Assembly (NCBI GenBank): GCA_035523995.1
Contig: DATKPQ010000181.1
Location: forward strand, 15,312-79,311
DNA: 64,000 nt
Reading direction: 5' to 3'
Source: Acetobacteraceae bacterium
GTDB taxonomy: Bacteria > Pseudomonadota > Alphaproteobacteria > Acetobacterales > Acetobacteraceae
Position numbers and translations under genes: made by a program. Shown here one piece after another: positions 44,393 to 52,963 of the stretch; within the stretch, counting starts at the first letter, position 1, and each line of letters opens with the position of its first letter. Under the pieces are notes generated by a model, which was not told where the DNA came from, did not search any database, and was given only the letters and a program-made list of their open reading frames with translations.

Positions 44393-46144
44393 GGGATCGT
44401 CGCGCAGCGCCACCCGCGCATTCGCAATGTAGAGCGCGTCGATACCCATTTCGAGGAAGGTATCCAACGCCTCTTCTTCTGTGCAAACGATCGGCTGGTG
44501 ATTGACGTTGTAGCTCGTGTTCAGCACCACCGGAACGCCGGTCAGCGCCTTCAGCCGAGACAGCAGATAATAGAATGCCGCATTATGGTCGCGGCACACC
44601 GTCTGCACGCGCGCGGTGCCGTCCACATGGGTCACGGCGGGCAGCAGCGCCTTGGCTTCCTCGCGCACGTGGGTCAGCATCGTCATGTAAGGATATTCCT
44701 CACCGGCGTTGAGGACGAAGTACCGATGGGCGTCTTCGGCCGCGACGGCGGGCGCGAACGGGCGGTAGTTCTGCCGCTTCTTGATCGCCAAATTGATGCG
44801 GTCCTTGTTCTCCGCCTTGGCCGGCAAGGCGAGCAAGCTGCGGTTGCCCAGGGCGCGGGCACCGTATTCCATGCGGCCGTGGCACAGTGCCACGATCTTG
44901 TCCGCCGCAATATCGGCTGCCGCGCTATCCAGCATCTGTTGCTCGTCGTCGAATTCGCGCAGCGCGAGCGTGCTGTCTTGTGCGACGATCGAACGCACCC
45001 GATCGGGACGCGGCGCCGGACCGAAGAACGGCATCACGCCGGGCAGGTGCAGCGGCGCGCCGTTGCTGAAGACATGTGCCGCGGCGGCGCCCAAGGCAGT
45101 GCCTTCATCGCCCGACGCGTAGGCAACATGGATGCGCTCGAACATGCCGTTGGACCGCAATTCGCCAATGGCAGCGCAGTTCTCGGCACAGCCGCCGCTC
45201 AGCAGCAGGTTGGTGGCCCTGGTCTGCTGCCGGTAGTGGCCGCAGATATGGAACAACGCCTCACGGAAACGTTCCTGCAGGGCGGCGCTGAGGTCGGCGC
45301 GTTCCTGGTGGGAACATGTGTTCCCGTCGATCCCCAGGCCCTCGGCCAACGCCCCGGCGCTGCCGGTAAAGAACAGACTTTCGGTGAAGCCGCGGTTCAG
45401 GGTGAGACAAGGGATTTCGATGCTGCCGTTGGGGCCCAGGCGAATGGCTGACCGGAAGAATGTGCGATAGCGTTGCGGATCGCCAAAGCTGGCGAGGCCC
45501 ATCACCTTGTATTCGTCCTCGTTGAACGCATAGCCGAGGAACTGCGTGACCAGCGAATAGAACAAGCCCAGCGACTGCGTCACCGGATAACGCGCCAGGC
45601 GCATGATCTTCGGGCCGTCGAAATGATAGACCGAGGTCGCGCCGATCTCGCCGGCCGCGTCCATCACCACACCAAGTCCTTGCTCGAACTCGCAGCTTGC
45701 CAGGGCGGCGTGCAGGTGCGCGTCGTGATGGTCTATCGGGTGGAACTGCGTGGCGTTGCCGGCGCGGAACTGCGTCTTCAGCAGATTGAAAATGGCGTCG
45801 GGCGCCAGGCATTTCTGCCAGTAGGCGCGGGGCAGGTCTTCCGATGTATAGATCGGCCGGTAGCGGCCAAAATTGAAGTTGCAGCAAATGTCGCTGACCT
45901 CGGCGAGCGTCGCGCCGGCCTCGTTCAGGCAATACCGGATCGCCTGGAAGGGGAACGCCCCGCTTTTCTTGTTGCGGTCGAACCGCTCCTCGGATGCGGC
46001 AGCGATGATCCTGCCATCCAACAAAAGCGCGGCAGCGGCATCCATGCCCTGCACCACGCGCGAATCCTTCGCCATTTGTTCCGGGAAGTGTTGCTCGAGG
46101 AAACCGGTTACGTTTGCCAGTCCGGCAATCCCCAAAGTGAGCAT
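44375..46144 (-). CDS. NodU/CmcH-family carbamoyltransferase
   Basis: 589 aa. IAAASEERFDRNKKSGAFPFQAIRYCL, PIDHHDAHLHAAL, LSGGCAENCAAIG, C-terminal domain RMEYGARALGNRSLLA...RPFAPAV...VTHVDGTARVQTV...PVVLNTSYNVNHQPIV. The usual HD of the N-terminal YHDS motif reads GMDA here. Confidence 0.85.
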   Translation of the reverse strand: MLTLGIAGLANVTGFLEQHFPEQMAKDSRVVQGMDAAAALLLDGRIIAAASEERFDRNKKSGAFPFQAIRYCLNEAGATLAEVSDICCNFNFGRYRPIYTSEDLPRAYWQKCLAPDAIFNLLKTQFRAGNATQFHPIDHHDAHLHAALASCEFEQGLGVVMDAAGEIGATSVYHFDGPKIMRLARYPVTQSLGLFYSLVTQFLGYAFNEDEYKVMGLASFGDPQRYRTFFRSAIRLGPNGSIEIPCLTLNRGFTESLFFTGSAGALAEGLGIDGNTCSHQERADLSAALQERFREALFHICGHYRQQTRATNLLLSGGCAENCAAIGELRSNGMFERIHVAYASGDEGTALGAAAAHVFSNGAPLHLPGVMPFFGPAPRPDRVRSIVAQDSTLALREFDDEQQMLDSAAADIAADKIVALCHGRMEYGARALGNRSLLALPAKAENKDRINLAIKKRQNYRPFAPAVAAEDAHRYFVLNAGEEYPYMTMLTHVREEAKALLPAVTHVDGTARVQTVCRDHNAAFYYLLSRLKALTGVPVVLNTSYNVNHQPIVCTEEEALDTFLEMGIDALYIANARVALRDDPRLGLA

Positions 46145-46301
46145 GAGCGCCGCCCTCCCGACACGTTGCAGGGTCGCCGCTCGGATATTTACGGAGCGGG
46201 ACTAAGGAATTATCGCAACTCGGGAATGGGACAAGAGTTGGTTGCTGCTCTCACGTGGCATTGATACGCCGTGGCAAGCTTCACGCCGCCGCGATTGAAT
46301 T

Positions 46302-46910
46302 TTACTTCTTCTCCCGCCGGGCCACCGCGAGTTCTTCACGAAGACGTTCTACTTCCGCGCGTAGCCTCTCGACTTCGTCGGCAGCGTCTGGCCGGCTGTG
46401 TGGGGCTTCGCCCGGCGGCCGGTAGAATGGCGAGAACAAATTGAACGCCCGTTCCATCATGGCCATGTTCTGGCGGCCGACCTCCTCCATATTGCCGAAC
46501 GGGAACAACGTTCCCACCGACCCCATGGTCTTCTGCATCGCCGCCCGCATTTGCTCCTGCTGCTGCGCGAACGCGGCCATTGCTTGCTCCAAGTATTTCG
46601 GCACCAGGCTTTGCACCTGATCACCATAGAAGCCGATTAGCTGGCGTAGAAAAGCGGTGGGCAGCAGGTTGCGGCCCTTGCCTTCCTCCTCCACGATGAT
46701 CTGGGTCAGCACGCCGCGGGTGATGTCCTCGCCGGTCTTGGCGTCGTACACCACGAAATCCCGACCTTCGCGGACCATTTCAGCCAGGTTGTCCAGCGTG
46801 ATGTAGCTGGAGCTCCGGGTATCGTAGAGTCGGCGGTTGGCGTATTTCTTCACCACGATCGGCGGTTCGGCGGTTTTGGTCTCAGGCGCGGTCTGGACGT
46901 CGTCGGCCAT
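46302..46910 (-). CDS. phaR: polyhydroxyalkanoate synthesis repressor PhaR
   Basis: IVVKKYANRRLYDTRSSSYITLDNLAEMVREGRDFVVYDAKTGEDITRGVLTQII is the PhaR N-terminal signature. Start MADDVQ after GAGGAAAAAACCCC. Confidence 0.9.
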   Translation of the reverse strand: MADDVQTAPETKTAEPPIVVKKYANRRLYDTRSSSYITLDNLAEMVREGRDFVVYDAKTGEDITRGVLTQIIVEEEGKGRNLLPTAFLRQLIGFYGDQVQSLVPKYLEQAMAAFAQQQEQMRAAMQKTMGSVGTLFPFGNMEEVGRQNMAMMERAFNLFSPFYRPPGEAPHSRPDAADEVERLRAEVERLREELAVARREKK

Positions 46911-46980
46911 GGGGTTTTTTCCTCGCGGCGGGGCGTTTTGCCTAGCATGCCCGGCCATGCCGCGCTTGCGAAGGTGTTTT

Positions 46981-46991
46981 CTGCACCGCAG
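46981..46991. promoter_or_regulatory. candidate PhaR operator (CTGC-N3-GCAG)
   Basis: ctgcaccgcag, 71 nt upstream of the phaR ATG in the divergent intergenic region. Matches the CTGCN3GCAG palindrome I recall as reported for Rhodobacter PhaR. Confidence 0.45.
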
Positions 46992-47062
46992 CGCGGATTG
47001 ACGTTCCGCGAACGCCACCATGCTCCTATGGTCCTCCGGCGCACAAGGAGGGCGAATGAGGC

Positions 47063-47635
47063 ATGAGCGACGGCCCTGGCCGGGACGATGGCCCAGGCCC
47101 GGACCTGCGGAAACTGGCGCAGGACTGGATTACGCTGTGGCAGAGCGAGTTGGCGGGGATGGCGGCCGACCGCGAAGCGCAGGAGGTGTGGCAGGCCATC
47201 GTACGGGTTTGGGCTGCGGCGACCGCGGGCATGCTGCGGGCGATGCCGGTGGGGCAGGCAGGGTACTCGCCTTCCAAACAATCCGCAGCCCCCTCTCGCT
47301 GGCCATCTCCCGCGGCGGCGCCCCCTCCCCCGTCGGTCCACCCCGCGGCCCAACCCTCCACAAGGGGAGAGGGTGCTTTGTCCTCTCCTCCGCGCAACGG
47401 CCATGACCGCGCCGCTGCAACGACGGGGGCCGCGGCCGCTGCTGCTTCACCTGACGCTCGCGATGATGAGATCGAGCGCCTCGCGCGCCGCGTCGCTGAA
47501 CTGGAAGCACGCCTGGCCGAACTCGAACGAGGCGATGGCAGCGGCGGTACGCGAGGCGCTGGAAGCGGGCGCGGCGGGCGCGTTCCCCGCCGCCGTGTGG
47601 GAAGAGACGCTGCGGCAGGACGCAGCCCTGATTGA
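47063..47635 (+). CDS. small PHA-locus protein; only the first roughly 65 codons look native, the rest reads through a repeat and into the next gene out of frame
   Basis: MSDGPGRDDGPGPDLRKLAQDWITLWQSELAGMAADREAQEVWQAIVRVWAAATAGML is GC3-rich. From about 47265 the frame crosses repeat B3 (PPPPSVHPAAQPSTRGEGALSSPP), then overlaps the PhaC-like frame, which has much higher GC3. Confidence 0.4.
   Translation: MSDGPGRDDGPGPDLRKLAQDWITLWQSELAGMAADREAQEVWQAIVRVWAAATAGMLRAMPVGQAGYSPSKQSAAPSRWPSPAAAPPPPSVHPAAQPSTRGEGALSSPPRNGHDRAAATTGAAAAAASPDARDDEIERLARRVAELEARLAELERGDGSGGTRGAGSGRGGRVPRRRVGRDAAAGRSPD
47320..47392. repeat. family B G/C-tract repeat, copy inside coding sequence
   Basis: gccccctcccccgtcggtccaccccgcggcccaaccctccacaaggggagagggtgctttgtcctctcctcc, including the hairpin ccctcc-acaag-gggagaggg. 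Confidence 0.6.
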
Positions 47636-48590
47636 AGGCATCGCTGCCTATCGCCGTCATCCGTGGCAGCGCGACCTGCCGGACCCGCCGGCGGTCTGGC
47701 AGGAGGGCGGGAGCCGGGTGCTGGATTATGGCGGCGAGGGACCGCGCGTGCTGTTTGCGCCCAGCCTGGTGAACCGGGCCTATGTGCTGGACCTGGCGCC
47801 TGACCATTCGATGCTGCGGTGGCTGGCCGGGCAGGGGGTGCATCCGCTGCTGCTGGACTGGGGCTGGCCGGGCGAGACCGAGCGCCGCTTCACCCTGACC
47901 GACTACGTAGCCGGCCGGCTGGAGCGGGCGCTGGTTGCGGCGGGCGCCGGCACCGTGCTGGCCGGCTATTGCATGGGCGGCACGCTGGCCGTCGCCGCGG
48001 CCCAACGCCGGCCGGACCTGGTGCGGGCGCTGGCCTTGCTTGCAGCGCCTTGGGATCTCCATGCGCCCGATCCGACGGTAGCGATCCAGGCCGCCGAGAT
48101 GCTGCCGCTGATCGAGCCGGCGCTGGCGTTCAACGAGACGCTGCCGGTGGACCTGCTTCAGGTGTTGTTCGCGCTGCTGGACCCGTGGGGCGTGGCGGAC
48201 AAATACCGCAGCTTCGCGCGCCAGGACCCCGCAGGCGAGCGCGCGCGGCTGTTTGTCGCGCTGGAGGACTGGCTGAACGACGGCGTGCCGCTGGCCGCGC
48301 CGGTGGCACGGGAGTGCCTGGCCGGCTGGTACGGCGCCAACACGCCTGCTCGTGGAGAATGGCGGATTGCGGGGCTGGCGGTGGACCCGCGGGCGTTACG
48401 GCTGCCGTGCTTCGTGGCGGCGCCGGCGCGGGACCGGATCGTGCCGCCCGAGTCCGCACGGCCGCTGGCGGCGCTGATCGACGGCGCCGCGCTGATTGAA
48501 CCGGCCGCCGGGCATATCGGCATGGCGGCAGGCCACAGTGCGAAACGCGCGCTGTGGGAGCCGTTCAGAAACTGGGTGTTGAAGATCTAA
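47403..48590 (+). CDS. PhaC-like alpha/beta-hydrolase (class III-type poly(3-hydroxyalkanoate) synthase-like, Cys lipase box)
   Basis: GYCMGGTLA (G-x-C-x-G-G PHA synthase lipase box), LLDWGWPG, EDWLNDG, AAGHIGM. Start MTAPLQRRGPRPLLLHL chosen from GC3; ATG 47535 is an alternative. Confidence 0.75.
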   Translation: MTAPLQRRGPRPLLLHLTLAMMRSSASRAASLNWKHAWPNSNEAMAAAVREALEAGAAGAFPAAVWEETLRQDAALIEGIAAYRRHPWQRDLPDPPAVWQEGGSRVLDYGGEGPRVLFAPSLVNRAYVLDLAPDHSMLRWLAGQGVHPLLLDWGWPGETERRFTLTDYVAGRLERALVAAGAGTVLAGYCMGGTLAVAAAQRRPDLVRALALLAAPWDLHAPDPTVAIQAAEMLPLIEPALAFNETLPVDLLQVLFALLDPWGVADKYRSFARQDPAGERARLFVALEDWLNDGVPLAAPVARECLAGWYGANTPARGEWRIAGLAVDPRALRLPCFVAAPARDRIVPPESARPLAALIDGAALIEPAAGHIGMAAGHSAKRALWEPFRNWVLKI

Positions 48591-48591
48591 T

Positions 48592-48701
48592 GTCATTGCG
48601 AGGAGCGAAGCGACGAAGCAATCTCGATGGAAGAGGCGCTCGTACTTTTGTTGCGCGCCATGTAACCGGGGTTGCTTCGTCGCTGCGCTCCCCGCAATCA
48701 C
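48592..48701. repeat. family A inverted-repeat element, copy A5
   Basis: gtcattgcgaggagcgaagcgacgaagcaatc ... ggttgcttcgtcgctgcgctccccgcaatcac. Starts 2 nt after the PhaC-like stop. Confidence 0.8.
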
Positions 48702-48750
48702 ATCGAGGCCACAACGAATCTCGAGGTCGCAGCGAGCAGAGACAGCTCGT

Positions 48751-49914
48751 TCACTTCGCCAGCCGGCGCTCCACGATGTCTGCGAACAACGCCACGCCAT
48801 AGGGAATGGCCGCGTCGTTGAAATTATAGGCGGGGTTGTGCACCGGCGCGCTGTCCTCGCCGTTGCCGATGTTGATATAGGCGCCGGGCACCTTCTCCAG
48901 CATGAAGCTGAAATCTTCCGACGCGTTCGCCGGCGGCTTGTTGCGGTCCACGTTCGTGTCGCCCACCAGGCCTGCCGCGGCATCGGCGAACTCGCGCGTG
49001 TGGTTCAGGTCGTTCATCAGCGGCGCGAAGACGAAACGGAAATCAACCATCGCCTCGGCGCCAAAGCCGGCGGCAATATTGCTGGCGAGCCGCTTCATGT
49101 TGGTCTCGATGAGCTGCATCGTCTCGGTCTTGAACGTGCGCACGGTGCCGCCCAGCGTCGCGGTCTGCGGAATCACGTTATAGGCGTCGCCACCGTGCAT
49201 GCGGCAGATGCTGACCACCGCCATGTCGTGCGGCGGTACGTTGCGTGACACGATGGATTGCAGCGCCGCTCCGACATGGAACGAGGCCAGCACGGGATCG
49301 ATCGCAACTTCGGGCCGCGCGCCGTGGCCGCCCTTGCCCGTGATAATGACATCGAACATCGCCGCACCGGCCATGGCGAGACCCGGGGTGATGCCGAACT
49401 GCCCAACCGGCATGCCGGGCCGGTTATGCATGCCGAAAATCGCATTGCAGGGGAATCGTTCGAACAATTTGTCTTCCAGCATGGCAAGCGCACCGCCCGC
49501 CCCCTCCTCGCCGGGCTGGAAGATGAAGTTCACCGTGCCTGTGAAATTACGTGTATCCGCCAGGTACTTTGCCGCACCCAGCAACATGGTGGTGTGACCG
49601 TCATGGCCGCACGCATGCATCCGCCCCGGATTCCGGCTGCTGTACGCCAAATTCGTCTGCTCTTCCATCGCCAGCGCGTCCATATCCGCGCGCAGGCCGA
49701 CCGAGGGGCCATCGCCATTGCGCAGCACGCCGACCACGCCGGTCTTGCCGATGCCGCGATGTACCTCGATGCCCCATTCTGCCAGCTTGCCGGCAACGCG
49801 CTCAGCGGTGCGATGCTCCTCCAGGCCGAGCTCGGGGTGCGCGTGGATATCGCGGCGGAATTCGGTGAGTTCGTCCTGGTAACGGAGGGCGCGGTCGATG
49901 GAGGATTCGGGCAT
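48751..49914 (-). CDS. M20/M40-family amidohydrolase (hippurate hydrolase / N-acyl-amino-acid amidohydrolase-like)
   Basis: RRDIHAHPELGLEE, MHACGHDGHTTMLLGAA, FIFQPGEEG, GGDAYNVIP, SEDFSFM. Confidence 0.85.
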   Translation of the reverse strand: MPESSIDRALRYQDELTEFRRDIHAHPELGLEEHRTAERVAGKLAEWGIEVHRGIGKTGVVGVLRNGDGPSVGLRADMDALAMEEQTNLAYSSRNPGRMHACGHDGHTTMLLGAAKYLADTRNFTGTVNFIFQPGEEGAGGALAMLEDKLFERFPCNAIFGMHNRPGMPVGQFGITPGLAMAGAAMFDVIITGKGGHGARPEVAIDPVLASFHVGAALQSIVSRNVPPHDMAVVSICRMHGGDAYNVIPQTATLGGTVRTFKTETMQLIETNMKRLASNIAAGFGAEAMVDFRFVFAPLMNDLNHTREFADAAAGLVGDTNVDRNKPPANASEDFSFMLEKVPGAYINIGNGEDSAPVHNPAYNFNDAAIPYGVALFADIVERRLAK

Positions 49915-49934
49915 GGTGTCTCTCGGTGATTGGG

Positions 49935-50696
49935 TCAGGTCAGGGTGAGGCGGCTGCGAAACGCTTCGTCGCGCAGGCTGAATTCCTTGCCGGCAAGGTC
50001 ATCGGCGGCGCTGGTGCACAGATAGACGATGGCGGCGGCGGGATGCGCAACGGGGGTCAGGTTCTCGCGCGGAATCTTGCTGATCGGGTTCACGCCAGAC
50101 GCGCGGACGATTACCTGCATGTCGGTATCGGTGGTGCCGGGCTGGAACCCGAACACGCGGATGCCTTGCGTCGCATGCTCTTGCGCTACGGCGCGGGTCA
50201 GCATGGCGAGGCCGGCCTTGGCGGAGCAATAGGCACTCCATCCTTCCAGCGGATTATGCGCCGCGCCGGAGGAGACGTTCACAATGGTGCCGCCTCCGGC
50301 CGCAATCACGGGCGGCAGCACGGCGCGGATGGCGTGATAGGCGCCGACCAGGTTGATCTGGATATTGCGTGACCAGGCGGCGGGATCGCTTTCGGCAACA
50401 GTCGCGATCGGCTCGACGACACCGGCGTTGTTGATCAGCGCATCGATCCTGCCGAAGCGGCGTTGGGTTTGCTCTGCCAGGCGTTGCGCCGCCGTCCAAT
50501 CGGCAACGTCGCAGGGGTGCGTCGCTACGGTGCCGCCTGCGCGGGCGATGGATTGGGCAACATTGTCGAGCCGCGCGGCGTCGCGCGCGGCCAGCATCAG
50601 CGTTGCGCCCGCCTTGGCCAGAGCCTCAGCCGCGGCGGCGCCAATGCCGCGGCTGGCACCGGTGACAACAATAACCTTGCCCGCGAGCTCCGGCAT
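49935..50696 (-). CDS. SDR-family oxidoreductase
   Basis: VTGASRGIGAA, NNAG, YCSAKAG (YxxxK). Confidence 0.85.
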   Translation of the reverse strand: MPELAGKVIVVTGASRGIGAAAAEALAKAGATLMLAARDAARLDNVAQSIARAGGTVATHPCDVADWTAAQRLAEQTQRRFGRIDALINNAGVVEPIATVAESDPAAWSRNIQINLVGAYHAIRAVLPPVIAAGGGTIVNVSSGAAHNPLEGWSAYCSAKAGLAMLTRAVAQEHATQGIRVFGFQPGTTDTDMQVIVRASGVNPISKIPRENLTPVAHPAAAIVYLCTSAADDLAGKEFSLRDEAFRSRLTLT

Positions 50697-50795
50697 GGAC
50701 TGCCCCTTCGTTCGCCTCTACCGTCGCTTTAAGGGAGCCGGCATCCGACTGCAAACCGGCCCCGCCTATAGCCTTGTGCCGGGGAGGACCAGATC

Positions 50796-51611
50796 ATGGG
50801 CTGGCTCGACGGTCAGGTAGCACTCGTGACGGGCGGCGGTTCGGGCATCGGCCGCGCGGTGGTTGCCCGCTTCGTGGAGGAGGGCGCGCGGGTCGGCGTG
50901 ATGGACCGCGTGGCAGCGCGCGCTGACCTGTTGCGCCAGGACTTCGGCGACTCGGTCATCGGCATTGCCGGCGATGTTTCCCGCATGGAAGACAACCGCC
51001 GCGCGGTGGCGCATACGGTGTCCGCCTTCGGCCGTTTGGACGTGTTCGTCGGCAATGCCGGCATCTTCGACGTCTACGCCTCGTTCGCCGAGCTATCGGA
51101 CGATGCGCTCGATCGCGCGCATGACGAATTGTTCGGCGTCAACGTCAAGGGTTGCCTGTTCGGTGCCAAGGCGGCGCTGGATGAGCTGCGCAAGACCGGC
51201 GGTTCGATGATCTTCACCGCCTCGGTCGCAGGCATGAACTCAGGCGGTGGCGGGGCGCTGTATACCGCTTCGAAGCACGCCGTGGTGGGGCTGATCCGGG
51301 AGCTTGCGGTGGAACTGGGTCCGGACTTGCGGGTGAACGGCGTGGCGCCCGGCGGCACGATGACGGACCTGCGTGGGCTGGCGGCGCTTGGTCAAGACGA
51401 CCGCTCGCAGTTTGCCAATCCCGGCATCGAGGAGCGGCTGCGCGCGGGCAACCCGCTGCGTACCGCGCTGATGCCAGACGATCTGGCCGGCGCCTACGTG
51501 TTTCTCGCCTCGCGGCGCAATGCGCGCGGCATCACCGGCAGTATCGTGACGGTGGATGGCGGCGCGATGCTGCGCATGCCGCGGCTGCGCTCTGGCGGTG
51601 CTGCTTCGTAA
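50796..51611 (+). CDS. SDR, cis-dihydrodiol dehydrogenase-like (BphB/HcaB/TodD type)
   Basis: VTGGGSGIGRA, FVGNAGIFD, FTASVAGMNSGGGGALYTASKHAVVGL, VNGVAPGGTMTDLRG. Overall pattern as in aromatic cis-dihydrodiol dehydrogenases. Confidence 0.75.
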   Translation: MGWLDGQVALVTGGGSGIGRAVVARFVEEGARVGVMDRVAARADLLRQDFGDSVIGIAGDVSRMEDNRRAVAHTVSAFGRLDVFVGNAGIFDVYASFAELSDDALDRAHDELFGVNVKGCLFGAKAALDELRKTGGSMIFTASVAGMNSGGGGALYTASKHAVVGLIRELAVELGPDLRVNGVAPGGTMTDLRGLAALGQDDRSQFANPGIEERLRAGNPLRTALMPDDLAGAYVFLASRRNARGITGSIVTVDGGAMLRMPRLRSGGAAS

Positions 51612-51658
51612 TACCGAACGGACTGAACGCATGAACTGAAACCGTGTTGGAGGCTGCG

Positions 51659-52963
51659 ATGACGATTGACGCCGGTCGCCTCGTCGATTCAACCAACGGA
51701 TTGCTCAGCCGACGGATATTCATAGAGCCGGAGATTTATGAGCAGGAATTGCAACGAGTTTTTGCGAGATGCTGGCTGTTTTTGTGTCATGAAAGTCAGG
51801 TACCAATGCCGGGCGATTTCTTCGCCACGTATATGGGCGAGGATCCGGTACTGGTGGTGCGCGACAGCAGCGGGACGGTGCGCGCTTTTCTCAATATCTG
51901 CCGTCACCGCGGCAATCGCCTGTGCCGTGCCGAGAGCGGCAATGCCGCTTCGTTCATTTGCGCGTATCACGGCTGGACCTTCGGCAATGACGGCCGGCTG
52001 ACCGGCGTGCCGTCGCTGCGCGAGGCCTATTATGGCGAACTCGACCGATCGCAGTGGGGATTGATCCCGGTCGCACAGCTCGACAGCCACAAGGGGCTGC
52101 TGTTCGCGACCTTCGACCCGGAGGCACCGCCGCTGCGCCACTACCTGGGGGAAATGGGCTGGTATCTCGACACCTTTGTCGACCGGCGCGAGGGCGGCGT
52201 CGAAGTCGTTGCTATGCATAAATGGATCATGCCGTGCAACTGGAAGTTTCCGGCGGAAAATTTCGGTGGCGACACCTATCATGTTGCCTGGAACCATCTG
52301 TCCGCGGTGCGGACCTCGTTCAGCACAGGCGTGACGACGAAGGCCAACTCCGGCGGCGCGATGGTGTCGCCGGGCAACGGCCACATCCTGATTTGTGTCG
52401 GTCCGGACGACAGCGGCGAACCGCCGGTGCCGGAGTTGCAGGCCTATGAGGCGGACACGGCGGCGGAGGTCGCGCAGCGGCTTGGGCCGCGCAGTGCGCA
52501 CATCAATCCGCTCGTGGGCACGATGTTTCCAAATTTCTCGCTGCTGCGGGCCACGTCGCGCACGTTCCGGGTCTGGCATCCGCGCGGACCGGAGAAGACC
52601 GAGGTCTGGTCATGGGTCTTTGCCGACAAGGCGGCGCCGCCGGCGGTGAAACAGGCGCTGCGCCTGACCGGCATACGCGGCTTCAGCCCATCCGGCACCT
52701 TCGAGCAAGACGACATGGACAATTGGCAGGAGTGCACGCAGACCTGCCGCGGCGCGGTGTCCCGGCGCATGAAGCTGAATACGCAGATGGGGCTGGGGCA
52801 CGACCGTTTCGATCCGCGGCTTGGCGCGCTAGCCAGCACATTCCGCATCAGCGAGAGCAATCACCGTCTGTTCTATCAGCGATGGGCGGATCTGATGGAC
52901 GCGCCGCGCTGGGCCGACTTGCCGTGCCGCAGGGAGTTCGCGGAGGTGAGCCATGCCGCCTGA
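51659..52963 (+). CDS. aromatic ring-hydroxylating (Rieske non-heme iron) dioxygenase, alpha subunit
   Basis: Rieske CRHRGNRLC...CAYHGW. Mononuclear iron region [19 protein letters not shown] before ATG 51659. Confidence 0.9.
   Translation: MTIDAGRLVDSTNGLLSRRIFIEPEIYEQELQRVFARCWLFLCHESQVPMPGDFFATYMGEDPVLVVRDSSGTVRAFLNICRHRGNRLCRAESGNAASFICAYHGWTFGNDGRLTGVPSLREAYYGELDRSQWGLIPVAQLDSHKGLLFATFDPEAPPLRHYLGEMGWYLDTFVDRREGGVEVVAMHKWIMPCNWKFPAENFGGDTYHVAWNHLSAVRTSFSTGVTTKANSGGAMVSPGNGHILICVGPDDSGEPPVPELQAYEADTAAEVAQRLGPRSAHINPLVGTMFPNFSLLRATSRTFRVWHPRGPEKTEVWSWVFADKAAPPAVKQALRLTGIRGFSPSGTFEQDDMDNWQECTQTCRGAVSRRMKLNTQMGLGHDRFDPRLGALASTFRISESNHRLFYQRWADLMDAPRWADLPCRREFAEVSHAA

Noticed and set aside
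44366-45451. 361-aa plus-strand ORF antisense to the carbamoyltransferase
   Set aside because: No motifs, and it begins inside a repeat unit. The minus-strand product matches the NodU/CmcH pattern throughout.
38673-46301. The 39-46 kb cassette as a recently acquired genomic island
   Set aside because: I could not see a clear GC or codon shift relative to flanking genes. There are no flanking direct repeats and no integrase or transposase next to it. The repeats at its borders are the same families found throughout the window. Horizontal origin remains possible but is unsupported here.
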